Shown in pieces: positions 52,491-64,000 of a stretch of 64,000 bases of DNA (positions are counted from its first letter, which is position 1; the number at the start of each line of letters is the position of its first letter). Origin of the DNA: Podarcis vaucheri (lineage: Eukaryota); assembly GCA_965113315.1 (NCBI GenBank), contig OZ220363.1. One strand, written 5' to 3'. The position numbers and the translations under genes were made by a program. The notes under the pieces were generated by a model. That model was given only the letters and a program-made list of their open reading frames with translations. It did no database searches and was not told the DNA's origin.

Positions 52491-53123
52491 GTAAGTGACT
52501 TGGTTTGCGAAGTCCCGAATTAGCAGTCAGTGGTTGGGATTCAGAGAGGTCCACTTAAAACACTTCTTGGTATGGCTGGGACTGTGCTGATTTTCAGCTT
52601 CTAGTTGCAGCACTTCATACTGATGAATGCCATTCCAAGCAGTATCTTTAGGAGTAGCTTTTTAATGTGCATAAGGTACCATGGTAGCAGTGGAAATGGG
52701 GTTCTTTGGATTCTGGCCATTAAGTTTCTGCAAATATTAAATACATCTCTTTTTTGGGGCCTGCTTCTCTTCTCACTGTTTTTGACTGTCTTTGTGGTAC
52801 CACTTCTAGTTATAATAGAATGAGTGGCAGTAGAGTTAAAGCCAAATATTTATTGATTTAAACATTATATGTATTTTGAATGTTCATCATTGGTATAATT
52901 TAGCAGTAAACCATGGCTTAGCGCTATGGAAACGAGACTCAGCATGACTTGTACTCAAATGCAGTCACTGTCTCTACTCTTTGTTTAGCTGCAAGGAAGG
53001 GATTGGCAGCTTCCATTTCTGTTTTAGCTTAACAGCAGTTTTATGTGTTGTCCCGGTTCTAAACTGTGGTTAATTAGAACAGTGAAAATAAGGCTGTGTC
53101 AATTTAATTTTTTTTGTGTTAAG

Positions 53124-53233
53124 GTCAGGAGCTGATAATGCAACTTTGTGTCGAGCATTAACTGAGTATGCAAGGACTTGTGCTCAAGCAGGAAAACCTC
53201 TCCACAACTGGCGGGCCCAATTTAAGGAATGTG
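53124..53233 (+). CDS. OTOG: Otogelin exon 11, C8 domain ([36 protein letters not shown])
   Basis: 110 nt, AAG/GTATG, phase 2->1; its last 74 nt are duplicated at 53848-53921. Confidence 0.94.
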
Positions 53234-54016
53234 GTATGCAATGACAAGGTTTTAGAATGCTGTCTTCTGGCAAAATATTCTGCATATCGTTTATTCCCCT
53301 TTCTGCAGGTTTTCTCATTTTTAAATATAGGTTCATCTGGCCTTGCTATGGACTTCGTTGGTTGCCTGTTTTGTAATGGGGGCCTGGTAGGAATTTTTCC
53401 ATCTGGCAAATTGGCAGGGCCATTTGGTTTTCAGCTACCACCATAGCAATCGTCACAACTTTGTAAGGTTTGGCTGTTAGGCATTGGATCAGCAATCATG
53501 GGGAGGGGAGGTGGAGCCATCACCTGCCCCTCCAAGCTCAAGGGTATTCCATTAAAGAAATCTAGGGATTTGCCTGGGTCTTGTCCGAAACCCCTGCAGA
53601 GGGGGCTAGGGCCATACCAGGGCCCCACAGGGACACCGGGGATGAGCGCCAGTCAGGACCTGCTGGCGGTGCTCCCTCTGGTGTTGTTCATCCTTTAAGG
53701 GATTCTCCGTGATGATGTCAATGCCTAAGCCAATACCATTCACATTCTGTATTCAATAAAGTTGTGGCCTAAATTTTGCCCAATTACTTAAACTAAAATC
53801 CCGTGTCACTGTTTCATTTTTTGGGGAACTGGGGGGTCTCGAATCGCAACTGAGTATGCAAGGACTTGTGCTCAAGCAGGAAAACCTCTCCACAACTGGC
53901 GGGCACAATTTAAGGAATGTGGTATGCAGTGACAAGGTTTTAGAATGCTATTTTCTGGCAAAATATTCTGCATATCGTTTATTCCCCTTTCTGCAGGTTT
54001 TCTCATTTTTAAATAT
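53160..54016 (+). repeat. 169-bp direct duplication (53160-53328 = 53848-54016) flanking a 519-bp insert
   Basis: Gap-free alignment at offset 688 with 4 mismatches. Confidence 0.96.
53329..53847 (+). mobile_element. Inserted sequence, probably the 3' end of a retroelement (family unassigned)
   Basis: Bounded exactly by the 169-bp duplication; more GC-rich than the flanks; AATAAA at 53755; no long ORF. Confidence 0.6.
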
Positions 54017-54192
54017 TGAACCTTAATTGGTTATTGTATGCAAATTCAGACTTTAAGACTAACCAGTATATGCTTTTGCATGGAGACCACTTCACTAGAT
54101 GCTTAAATTAAAATTAAAGTAGCATCAATTTTCCACCCCAGGAAGGAGAAGCATAAATCATTTAACATTTCTTCATTTCTTCTGTTTTTCAG

Positions 54193-54318
54193 TCATTAAA
54201 TGTGAGGAGCATCTTGTCTACAATGAATGCATTGACTGCTGCCCAGTTTCATGTCAGCAAAAAACTCACTGTGTTGACAGTGAACTGCCCTGTGTTGATG
54301 GATGCTATTGTCCAGATG
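54193..54318 (+). CDS. OTOG: Otogelin exon 12, TIL domain ([41 protein letters not shown])
   Basis: 126 nt, CAG/GTAAT, phase 1->1. Confidence 0.96.
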
Positions 54319-54624
54319 GTAATGCAGTTTTTGGTGTGGAATTTTGTTAGAAGTTGTGGCCTTTCAGGAGCTTATGGTCTTTCTGCAATCTACTAGACAC
54401 AGTAATTAAGTCACACTCCAGATATTTGTCAACAAAACCAGATGGGTTCATTCTAGAGGCAATGGGTGGTATTCAACTAACATTTCCTGTCAATACAAGG
54501 ATTTCCTCTTGTGCAATAGAGCTTTCCTCTCTTCTCTTGTTCCTATGCACATTCTCTGCCTTTTCTAAGTCTGCTACGGAGAGTTGGAGGAGCCCCCAGA
54601 GCAGATTCTATGAACGAGCTAGAC

Positions 54625-54905
54625 TATAAGGGTTCAGGCGATCCCTGAGGTATCCTGGACCCAAGTTGTTCAGGGCTTTGTAAATCAATGCAAGAATTTT
54701 GAACCTGGCTCAGTAGCAGATGGGCAGACAGTGCAGCTGTTTTAACAATGGTGTCACATGTTCTTGACCAGAAGCTCCCCTCAGCAATCTGGCTGCAGCA
54801 TTCTGCACCAGCTGGAGTTTCCAAACCAGACCCAAGTGCAGCCCCACATAGAGCTCATTATAGTAATCCAGCCTTGCTCCAAAACTCCTTATGACAGCAC
54901 CCAAT
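54625..54905 (-). mobile_element. L2-type LINE ORF2 C-terminal fragment
   Basis: RLDYYNELYVGL...KLQLVQNAAARLL...HVTPLLKQLH.LPI (track ORF 54710..54904). Confidence 0.85.
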
Positions 54906-55365
54906 GGCTATGTATAGATATTAAATAGCATTGGGAACAGACTTACTGGGAGTAAGCCTTACAAAACTTGTTCTGACATTTTAGAAAACAGGCTTAGGCT
55001 GAGAGGCTAAGTGATAGCATGCCCTATATTGACTTGATAGTATGTTAGGAAATCAAATGGACTTCTGTGAAAATATTTTTGGTATTGGGCTGCAACTATT
55101 TATAACTCAAGTTGTTTTTTCTTTATGACAAAAGCAGCTTTTAACTGTTTCATAATACATCTTAACCTTCTGTTTTGCTTTTGTTTTTTATTATACCGTT
55201 AAACTTTGCAGTATAAGATGCAATGAGGAAACATACACAAGGATTTTAATTTTATAATTTATCACATCTTCATTTTCTAGCTAGAAGTACTAGGCAGTTT
55301 TTTTAATGATCCTTTTCAAAGCATATGGCTCTAATTTTGTTCTTATTGTCAAATGTTCATTTTAG

Positions 55366-55474
55366 GACTTATTTATGAAAACAAATTATGTGTAAGGCCA
55401 TCAGAATGCCCTTGTGATTATCACGGATCTGTCTACAGAACTGGTGCTGTGGTTCATGAAGAATGCAACAACTG
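55366..55474 (+). CDS. OTOG: Otogelin exon 13 (LIYENKLCVRPSECPCDYHGSVYRTGAVVHEECNN)
   Basis: 109 nt, TAG/GTTAG, phase 1->2. Confidence 0.95.
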
Positions 55475-56265
55475 GTTAGTAACATTCCATATATTTATTC
55501 CCTTTAATATAGCACGAATTCCCTAAACAATGTCCAATATATAAGCCTTAGCATATATACCAGTCCTTACTTTTATAAAGCATACACCTTCATAGAAAGG
55601 TGCTTTCTCTTTCCTTTCGCCATTTGTAGCTTTGTGGAATAATCTTAATTTTAATGGTTTTGCGTAATAAATATGGTGACCAGTTCTTTTGCATGCCTTT
55701 GGTGCGTGAAGGTTTCAAGCTGCAAATTCCCAGACTCTTCTCCTTATCATACAATCTATGCTTGAGTTTTTAAATAAGTGCTGACAGGACGCTGAGGAAG
55801 ATGCTGTACTTGCAGTCAGCTGGTTGTGATAGGCTTGCTGAACCTCACAACATAGGGAGGAAGTTTGCATCAATTCTTTGAGAGATTTACCGGTACTTAG
55901 CTTTTTAGTTTGTGGCTGAGCATTCTGTGATGTAGTCTATTCAAAACTTTAACCTAAACACACTTTATGGGTCTGCAATTATGCAACCTTTAAGACCTGT
56001 GTCAAACCTCCATTAACATCGAAATGCCCATTCATTTTCCTTAGTGTTCCCCAGGTGTATCTTGCATTCTGAGACTTGTGGCATAATTTCAATCAGAGTG
56101 CTGGGCTCTGCCCCTACTTCTGCCTTCACACGGTTTCATGACTTGGTATCAGTTGAAGCATTCACTATAAGGTTTCCTTTGCATTCCTACAACTGTTACT
56201 TCCAATTGCCACATAAGGGCTATGCCAACAGCCTTAAAACATCAAATAATTCTTTCTGTTTTCAG

Positions 56266-56312
56266 TACATGTGCTGGAGGAAAATGGATTTGCACAAACC
56301 TTACCTGTCCAG
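56266..56312 (+). CDS. OTOG: Otogelin exon 14 (TCAGGKWICTNLTCP)
   Basis: 47 nt, CAG/GTATG, phase 2->1. Confidence 0.94.
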
Positions 56313-56597
56313 GTATGTCTGTTCTCAGATATTTCATTCAAATATTTTATACTGGGTATATTGCATGTGATCCAAGTGTTAATATTGATGTCTGATTATT
56401 TTTCCAATCTTTCCTACTTATTTACACCTGGAAAGCAGCATATAAATGCTTAAAAGGATCATCAGCTCCCAGAATGCAAACTGTAATCACTAATTCCTTC
56501 AGGCTTTTTGTTCACTATTGCGACTATCATACATTACTAGCAGCACAGAATATTTTGGTAACATATTGAAACACTTTATCCCCCCCCTTTTTTTTAG

Positions 56598-56743
56598 CTG
56601 AATGTTCAGTCTCAGGAGATATTCACTTCATGACATTTGATGGGCGCAAGTATACTTTTCAAGCCACTTGCCAATATATTCTGGCAAAAAGCCTCACCTC
56701 CGGAAAATTTGCTGTGACTCTGCAAAATGCTCGTTGTGGACAG
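56598..56743 (+). CDS. OTOG: Otogelin exon 15, VWD2 start ([48 protein letters not shown])
   Basis: 146 nt, TAG/GTAAG, phase 1->0. Confidence 0.96.
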
Positions 56744-58874
56744 GTAAGACTGTAAGAGCAAATGTTTGGGCTGCATGAAGTGTAGGTACTTAACTGGCAT
56801 TATCAAAAAGATTAAACTTTCAATTTATAAATCTCCCTTTGGTGAATGGAAGGAACTTTTCATTCACTGAAAGATTCCTCCCATTCATGGAAGGTTACCT
56901 TTGGATCCAGTTCTAATTTCCTTGGGGAAGGACCATAGCTCAGTGGATGTAGAAGGTCCTAGGTTAGGTCCCTTCAGTTTATGTGTATCTGTGTGGTGAG
57001 AAATTACTGTGCAGATATTTCTCAAGAACTTAAAAAGCTAATTGTCTCTGAATATCCAGTGCCAAAAGGTGGATAGCAAATAGCACATGTGCTTTCTTAT
57101 GACTTTATTTTAATAATAATAATAATTTAATTAAATAATTTATACCCGGCCCATCTGACTGGGTTTCCCCAGCCACTCTGGGCAGCTAATGGTGCCTGTG
57201 GTGTTGTAACAGGAGGTTATGTAAAGAAATAGTCAACAGTACAGTGTTGAAACCTTTTGCCAAGGGAGGTGTAGAATATTTCACCTGATATATATGTAAA
57301 AAAGAAATATTTGCTCTTTTTATCTCTATTTATAGGTTCTGAAAATACTGACTTTTTATCTAGTTCCTCTAAGGTTTATAGTTTTCTACTTAAGTCATGG
57401 ATAGCTGCTGTAGTGCTCTCCACATGTTGGAGGACTACAATTCCCATCAGTCACACCTAGCATGGTCAAGGATGATGAGAGTTGGGTTCCACCTGGAGGG
57501 CACTGTATTAGCTACTCCTGACTTCAGTAAAATGTTTTAATAATATGGTAAAATAATAATATGCTTTCTACGTTCAGCTCGTCTTGCAGATGGCAAGTCC
57601 AACAAAGGATACACTGTTCATTGTTAAGATCTAGAGTGCCTTAGAAAGGCAGTTTTAGAATGGCATATAATCTCCTAAACGCCTGCACAGAGTCCATAGC
57701 TGTACACATACCACTTTAATAACCTGTTAGTGTCTCTGTGAGGATATACAATAAAGCACTTTTTCTTCCAACAAAGCCACTTTGCAAGCATTTTCTTGTC
57801 TAGGTTGTTGATGAAATACAGTCTAACAAAAACTTGAAGCGACAAAATCTCAAGGCACAAGGCGTTGACTCACAAGGATTGATTCAGTTAAACTGTGCTT
57901 TTAACAACAACCATGATGCATTGATTTGTGAATAATCTAATAAACTGTAATATTGAATGCTTGGTTTCTAGTTGTCATCTTTGAAAATGGTTGCTTAAAA
58001 TGTCTTATGTAGAAACACCAAATTATGAGATAAGGAAATGTTGCATTTTTTTATATTAGACATTAGCATAAATTACTCTATTTCAGTGTCTTGATTTTTT
58101 TCCTGAGCCTTGAATTTCTGTAGAGTTACTGAGAAATTTTCATTAAAATGCTAGAGCTCTATCGCAATAAAGCAGATTACTATATTGAAAAAGAAAAACA
58201 CCTCCAGCAACAGCCAGATAACACCTGAACAGGTTTTCGACTCATTGAATCACAAAGAGTACAGTCACTTAGAGCCTCAGGTTTGGTGACAAAAGCAATC
58301 ATCATGCAGCAAGTGAGTTTGGAATGATGTAAAATTTAGCTTTAAACACTTTTTGAAAGAGGATCAGTCAAGTGATCAGCATAGCTTAGCCTTATCTGAG
58401 TCTCAAATGACAGTATCACTAGGTTTTGTGGTTAGTTATGATGAGAAGGATATTTTAATATAGGAATTTCTATTAAGTGTTTGGTGATGAGTGAGGTACA
58501 GTTCATGAGAAGGCAGCTGCTGATAGTTAGCGGAGTCAATGTTATGAAAGAAACAATTCATTGGATCAGAGAATTATTGCCAGGATTTTAGAGCCTATTT
58601 GAGACAATATGCATATGCACACACAAATATATGTAGCCAATATATACTCCCACATTCATCTACTGGTCTTAACATTTAAGGGCTTGCTTTTATATTTGAT
58701 TGGACATCTTGAAAATGGCATAGGAAGCTGCCGTATGAGGCCAGACAATTGGTCCACCTAGTTCCAGTACTGTCTGACCAGTACAGGGTCTCAGACAGAA
58801 GTCTTTCTCTCACTTGCTACCTGGCCATTTTTTAGCAGTAGCTGCCAAGAATTAACCATGGGATCTTTAGTGTA

Positions 58875-59112
58875 CAGTCATACCTCAGGTTGCAATCACT
58901 GCGGGTTGCGCGTTTTCGGGTTATGGACGCGCCAAACCCAGAAGTACTGGAACGGGTTACTTCCGGGTTTTGGCACTCACGCATGTGCACTAAATTGTGC
59001 TTTGCGGATGTGCAGAAGCGCCAAATTGCATTGTGTGCTTGCGCAGACGCGGCGCTGCGGGTTGCGAACGCTGCGGGTTCATGGATCACACTTGCAACCT
59101 GAGGTTCCACTG
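58875..59112 (-). mobile_element. Tc1/mariner-type MITE, family B (inverted copy)
   Basis: TA|CAGTCATACCTC ... GAGGTTCCACTG|TA. Confidence 0.85.
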
Positions 59113-59611
59113 TACAAGGCATGTGCTTTACCTTTCAGATATTGGCATTTCTACCTTATCTACGGTATATATCTCAGCTCATGTCTATCCGAGTCTTGAA
59201 ACTTGCTTTGCCACTATAGAAGTTGGAAGCAGTATGCCTCTGAATACCAGTTACTGGAAACCACAGGAGGGGAGAGTGTTCTGGTGCTCATGAGCTGCCT
59301 GCGGGTCTCCCATGGGATCTGGGCGGCCACTGTGAGAACAGGATGCTGGACTAGATGGCCATTGGCCTGATCCAGCAGCCTCTTCTTATCTTCTTACATT
59401 ATAAATTTCATCTTACTGGGTGTTCTCATTTTCATAGCACTGCATTTTGTGGTATGTAAAATCTCCAAGCAAATTATTACACTGGTTTTTGTGTACCAGT
59501 GACTTTCCCAGGAGATACTTTCCTGCTCTACACCTGTCAAATTCTACCAAAAGGCAAATAGGTCTTAATCCCAAGCTTATTTTACAATGCTACTCTTCAA
59601 TTTATTTCCAG

Positions 59612-59744
59612 AATCAAGATGGAGCATGTATCCAGTCAGTCAGTCTTATTCTCAATCAAGATTCCAAGAGGCAAGTGACTCTGACCCATTCAGGAGATGT
59701 TTTGGTATATGATCAGTACAAAGTAAATCTGCCTTATATTGATG
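59612..59744 (+). CDS. OTOG: Otogelin exon 16 ([44 protein letters not shown])
   Basis: 133 nt, CAG/GTAAG, phase 0->1. Confidence 0.96.
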
Positions 59745-60638
59745 GTAAGTAAAATAAATAACACTTAGCCACAGTGAAAATGCTATGATTTAAATTATGT
59801 CTACATATCATGCTCTAATTCCGTCATGTCAATCATTCTGGTTTTATTTCTTCTCCTATAGCTTCACTTAACCCTCTGTTTCCTTCCTCTAATATCTACA
59901 TCATCTCATGGTACCCCTGGAACCAGATGTTAGTTGTATATTCACTCCCTTTCATCTCACCATGTAGATCAGATGTGGTCCTCCAGATGCTGCTGAACTA
60001 AAACTCCTATCATCCATGGCCATTGGCCATGCTTGCTGGGCCTGATGGGGGTTACAGTCCATCCACATCTGGAAGGCCAAAGGTTTCCCACACTTGATAT
60101 AGATAGGTGAACTAATCGATATACACAAAGGAAGCCTTTTTACTGATGGACAAGCTATCTTCAGCCTGAATCAGCTTGAGCAACAAATTATTTTTAGGAG
60201 GCTTCAATGAACAACAAATTATCCAAAGCAATTAGTTTAGCTTGATTCTTTCCAGATCTTATCTTGCTGTCAGTTCCATCATTGAGAGTTTAACAGTCAA
60301 CCCTTCATCAGCACCCCCACTGCTGCTACCCACAAGGATACATTGTGGTGTTGAAAAGTGCTCATAGTATCTGGACTTCCTTGAGAACCTCCTGTCACCA
60401 CTTGTCACCTGGGTAGGCTTGCAAAAGGTGGTGATGATGAGGGCTCATGGTATGCGTAAAATAGAGTATATTTTGATCTCCGCAAAACAATTTTATTTGG
60501 GCTAAATTCAAGTAGAGATTAGGAGGTTAATTTGCAACTAACATTAAACACATTGTGAAGAATAAAAGCAACTCCTGATCGCTTGATAATATTGTAGATT
60601 ACTATTAATACATTTTTTCTGCAATGTTTATCTACTAG

Positions 60639-60816
60639 ACGCTTTTGAAATACGGAAACTTTCCTCTGTATTTTTGCAAATAAAGTCATATATTGGATTA
60701 CAAATACTGTATGACTGGAAGGGTTTGAGGCTCTATCTCAAAGCTGATGCTCAATGGAAAGATGATACCATAGGACTTTGTGGGACCTTCAACGGAAATA
60801 TGCAAGATGATTTTTT
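60639..60816 (+). CDS. OTOG: Otogelin exon 17 ([58 protein letters not shown])
   Basis: 178 nt, TAG/GTATG, phase 1->2. Confidence 0.96.
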
Positions 60817-61388
60817 GTATGTATCCTTAACCTTTTAAAAAAATACATCTGTCTTCATGAGTATTGATTTCCACCCCCAAACAGTATAGAAAAACATAGT
60901 AGCTTTTTATTAGAAGAATAAAATATAAAATTTGATTATCAAACCTAGTATTAATTAAATAATAATAATGTTGAAGAAATTCAACCCAGAATAATAATAT
61001 ATCTTGTAATAATATATCTTGTTACTTTCAAGGGTCTGATTCTTGGGAGCAAGAACGCTCCACTTAAATGTCCTTTCAAATGATTTTAATCCACAAATCT
61101 TTAATTTAATAAGTATTTTCCTATAGAGTACAAAATATAGAACGCATAAGAGGAAGACTTACCCTAGTGTGTTTTAATTTGTTGGAAGCAGCCCAGAGTG
61201 GCTGGGATAACCCGGTCAGATGGGCAGGATATAAATAAAATAAATAAAATAAAATAAACCACAATGAATCCAGTACATAGTCTCTTGAAATTAATGAGAC
61301 CACACCATGATTTTGAATTACTGTTGTTTGTACTTGATATTTGAAGTATATCATTTTTGTGACATTTATTTTTTTAAATGGGGGAAAG

Positions 61389-61513
61389 ATCTCCAGTAGG
61401 AGTGCCAGAAAGTACGCCACAGCTTTTTGGAAATTCCTGGAAAACTTCATCTGCCTGTGGTCTTGAGCATGATTATTCACCAGTGGATCCATGTGATATT
61501 CATCTACAATCAG
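61389..61513 (+). CDS. OTOG: Otogelin exon 18 ([41 protein letters not shown])
   Basis: 125 nt, AAG acceptor, GTAAG donor, phase 2->1; [18 protein letters not shown] identical to the mammalian protein as recalled. Confidence 0.95.
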
Positions 61514-62384
61514 GTAAGTGTGACGATATTATAGACAGATATTGATGATGGGGTTGGAAGCATTATAAGAAGCTGTTGCAGGAGAGGAATTGTGAGCAAC
61601 ATCACGGGAGGAATGTTTCTAGTACCAAAATGAAACTTTCAAGCTCCCTTGTAGTTTCTGCTATTGCCAGCAGCAAAATGTTGTTGCTTTTATAGGGTCA
61701 TATTCAATTAACTTTTACTCAGTGGTGATCCATTAAATTTCTGATCCTGAATAACCCACAGTATTGAAATTTTTTTGGTGTGTATGTTGGTACATTAGCT
61801 ACCATGATGTTGTTTTATTACTCTGGTTATGAAATTGATTTTGATATTGTTGACTTTGAGAGGTATTGCTGTTCTCTTTCTTGTAAGCCACTTTGAGCAT
61901 GATGTTGTGTGTGTGTCGAAGGGAGTGTGGAAAGGCATTCTTATTCCTAATTAAGCATATCTGTGTTTTAAGTCATTTTAGCCAGCTGGTTATATTTCGT
62001 TTGAGTTTTCATCGATCAGTTGTGCAGCTGACAAAAAATGCATTTCATGATTTATTATTGTCAAGGATTGTGTAGAAAAAGTAATATAAAACAACGATAA
62101 TATATGTAATCAATATCATGACCCTGACTGAGCCTTATTTACTGAAAACATAGTAATAAAATTTATATCTGATGGACTGAAGAGAAATATTAATAGTGAT
62201 TGCTATTTGGAAAATTCCCATAAAAATGACTGTAGTCAGTTGTAGAGTTGTGCAGTTGGCTGTGGCTTATCTATGGCTGAATCAGATAAGCTGTAAAAAG
62301 TAATGTTTGTTCCACAGAAGAAAGCCTTTGCTATTAAATTTGGAGACTCTAACATGGTTATTTTATTATCATTTACTTTAACAG

Positions 62385-62597
62385 CCACTTATGCAACAGA
62401 AGCTTGCGGCATCATTACAAAAGAACTCTTTGCCCCATGCTTCTCCTACCTGAGTCCTCTCCCCTATTTTGAACAGTGCAGAAGAGATACCTGTAAATGT
62501 GGGCAGATCTGCATGTGCTCCGCTCTGTCCCATTATGCCCATCTGTGCCACAGATATGGAGTGGTGATAGACTTTCGGAGTTATGTCCCAGAATGTG
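62385..62597 (+). CDS. OTOG: Otogelin exon 19, second C8 (TYATEACGIITKELFAPCFSYLSPLPYFEQCRRDTCKCGQICMCSALSHYAHLCHRYGVVIDFRSYVPEC)
   Basis: 213 nt, CAG/GTAAG, phase 1->1. Confidence 0.96.
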
Positions 62598-63782
62598 GTA
62601 AGTTATTGTTCAGTATGTAATTAATTTAATGGTTGTCTGACATCTTGTGTACATTTCAAGACTAATCTAAATTGGATAAATCATTTGCTGGATATCCAAA
62701 TTGAATGCACATGGTTAGATTGAAATAACCGTGCGCTACAGTAGATCAAAGTGGTACATGACTAGATGAGAAACATGGTAATGAAGAAAGCCCAAACTGT
62801 GAAGCTGGGTTGGGAACCAAGCACTGCATTCTCCTGTGAACAATATTCTGGGGCACACATGCAGGTCCACAGGCAAAAATGGGTAGAGCAATGAATATGA
62901 CTCTTACTGTTTTACAGTATGCTACTTTCCAGCCATGCAAAAACCAGTTTTTTCTACACCCTCCTCAACAACTTGTCTCATCCAGGCAAGAAAGGAGCAT
63001 GATCACAGCTAAGTGACATATTCAAGCTAGGTAAAAACACATAGATATGGTGCATAGCAGAACCAGGGATAGGGTCATACAGTCTAGTATATAAATTATA
63101 GTATGCTATAAAAATATCTCAGAAAAGATGCTGTACAAGTCTTGCACAAATGGAAGAACTTCTCTATATTTGGGGTGATTTTGTCATGCTAGGGTGGAAA
63201 CAGCCCTTCCATTTGTGGATGATTTGTTCCACTAATAGTGGAAGAGTACCTTTGGTCCAAGCCATTCCTATTTAAATATATTAAGGAAAATTTCTGTTTG
63301 GTTCCCTCCTCCAAACTAAGCTCACTTTCCCCCGTTTATTTTTTTATTTTTCTTGTTTAAATGACACAGTTATAGTTAGTCATGTAAGTGGGATCCAGTG
63401 TGATTTGCAAGTCTAGTTTACAGTACTTGGTGGCTGTGTAAAGTAACCTAAGGGGGTCTTAGTGGGGGGGAAAATCAGGCCTACACTAAATGTTGTATAA
63501 TAAATAAATAAATAATTTTATTTGTGTAGTAAAAGTGTAAACATATTCACAGCCAGCAATACACGGGGATATGATTTGGGGCTAACTAAACTTGGGTTTA
63601 GGTTGTAGTTCTGTGCACATTTTCCAGAGAGTGAGTCCCCTGAACATAATGAGACTTATTTCCAAGTAAGCATGCAAGAAGCCATCCCAGTGTGTGGGAT
63701 GAAATGTGTTACAGGCCTTTGAGAGTGGATTGCCTTTTATGCGTTTGGCTTGTAATATGAGAAGTCTGTTTCATTTGCTTAG

Positions 63783-63948
63783 CTCTTTCATGTGAAGATA
63801 CAAAGGAGTACAGTACCTGTGTATCTACTTGTGGCAGATCCTGCCAAGCTTTCTCTGTGCCAGAGACGTGCAGTGATGATTGTGTTGAAGGCTGCACCTG
63901 TCCTCTTGGAATGTATCTGAACATCAAAACTGACAGATGTGTGCAACA
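63783..63948 (+). CDS. OTOG: Otogelin exon 20, second TIL (LSCEDTKEYSTCVSTCGRSCQAFSVPETCSDDCVEGCTCPLGMYLNIKTDRCVQ)
   Basis: 166 nt, TAG/GTAGG, phase 1->2; gene continues beyond the window. Confidence 0.94.
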
Positions 63949-64000
63949 GTAGGTATAATTTGTAGTGCTGACACCAACCACTTTGTAAAAGTATATTTTC

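Noticed and set aside
60817-60832. U12-type donor GTATCCTT at 60821 paired with the odd exon 18 acceptor
   Set aside because: Using 60821 breaks the frame with exon 18; the U2 donor GTATGT at 60817 gives the correct phase, and there is no TCCTTAAC branch site near the acceptor.

Overview
Eukaryotic (vertebrate) genomic DNA, very probably from a squamate reptile. A lacertid-type lizard is inferred from a Sauria SINE and other squamate-type repeats. The window holds the 5' parts of two divergently transcribed deafness genes, each with its own CpG island. USH1C (harmonin) is on the minus strand: start codon at 30845, 14 consecutive coding exons (1219 nt, about 406 aa: N-domain, PDZ1, PDZ2, coiled coil), then the alternative isoform-a exon (3727-3800/3803) and the first isoform-b exon (2208-2257); the gene continues off the left edge. 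OTOG (otogelin) is on the plus strand: start codon at 36777, 20 phase-consistent coding exons (2432 nt, about 810 aa: signal peptide, EGF, VWD1-C8-TIL, VWD2-C8-TIL); the gene continues off the right edge. Introns carry SINEs, CR1/L2/L1 fragments, TA-flanked Tc1/mariner-type MITEs, hAT-type hairpin MITEs and microsatellites. Almost all ORFs in the supplied track are spurious or are exon read-throughs. The most unusual structure is a 519-bp insertion in OTOG flanked by a 169-bp near-perfect direct duplication that copies the 3' part of a coding exon with its splice donor. The second is a near-perfect 7 x 67-bp tandem array beside the USH1C isoform-switch exons that carries splice-signal-like motifs. 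I see no evidence for a new protein-coding system. Gene identities rest on my recollection of the mammalian protein sequences plus exon-phase consistency, not on a database search.
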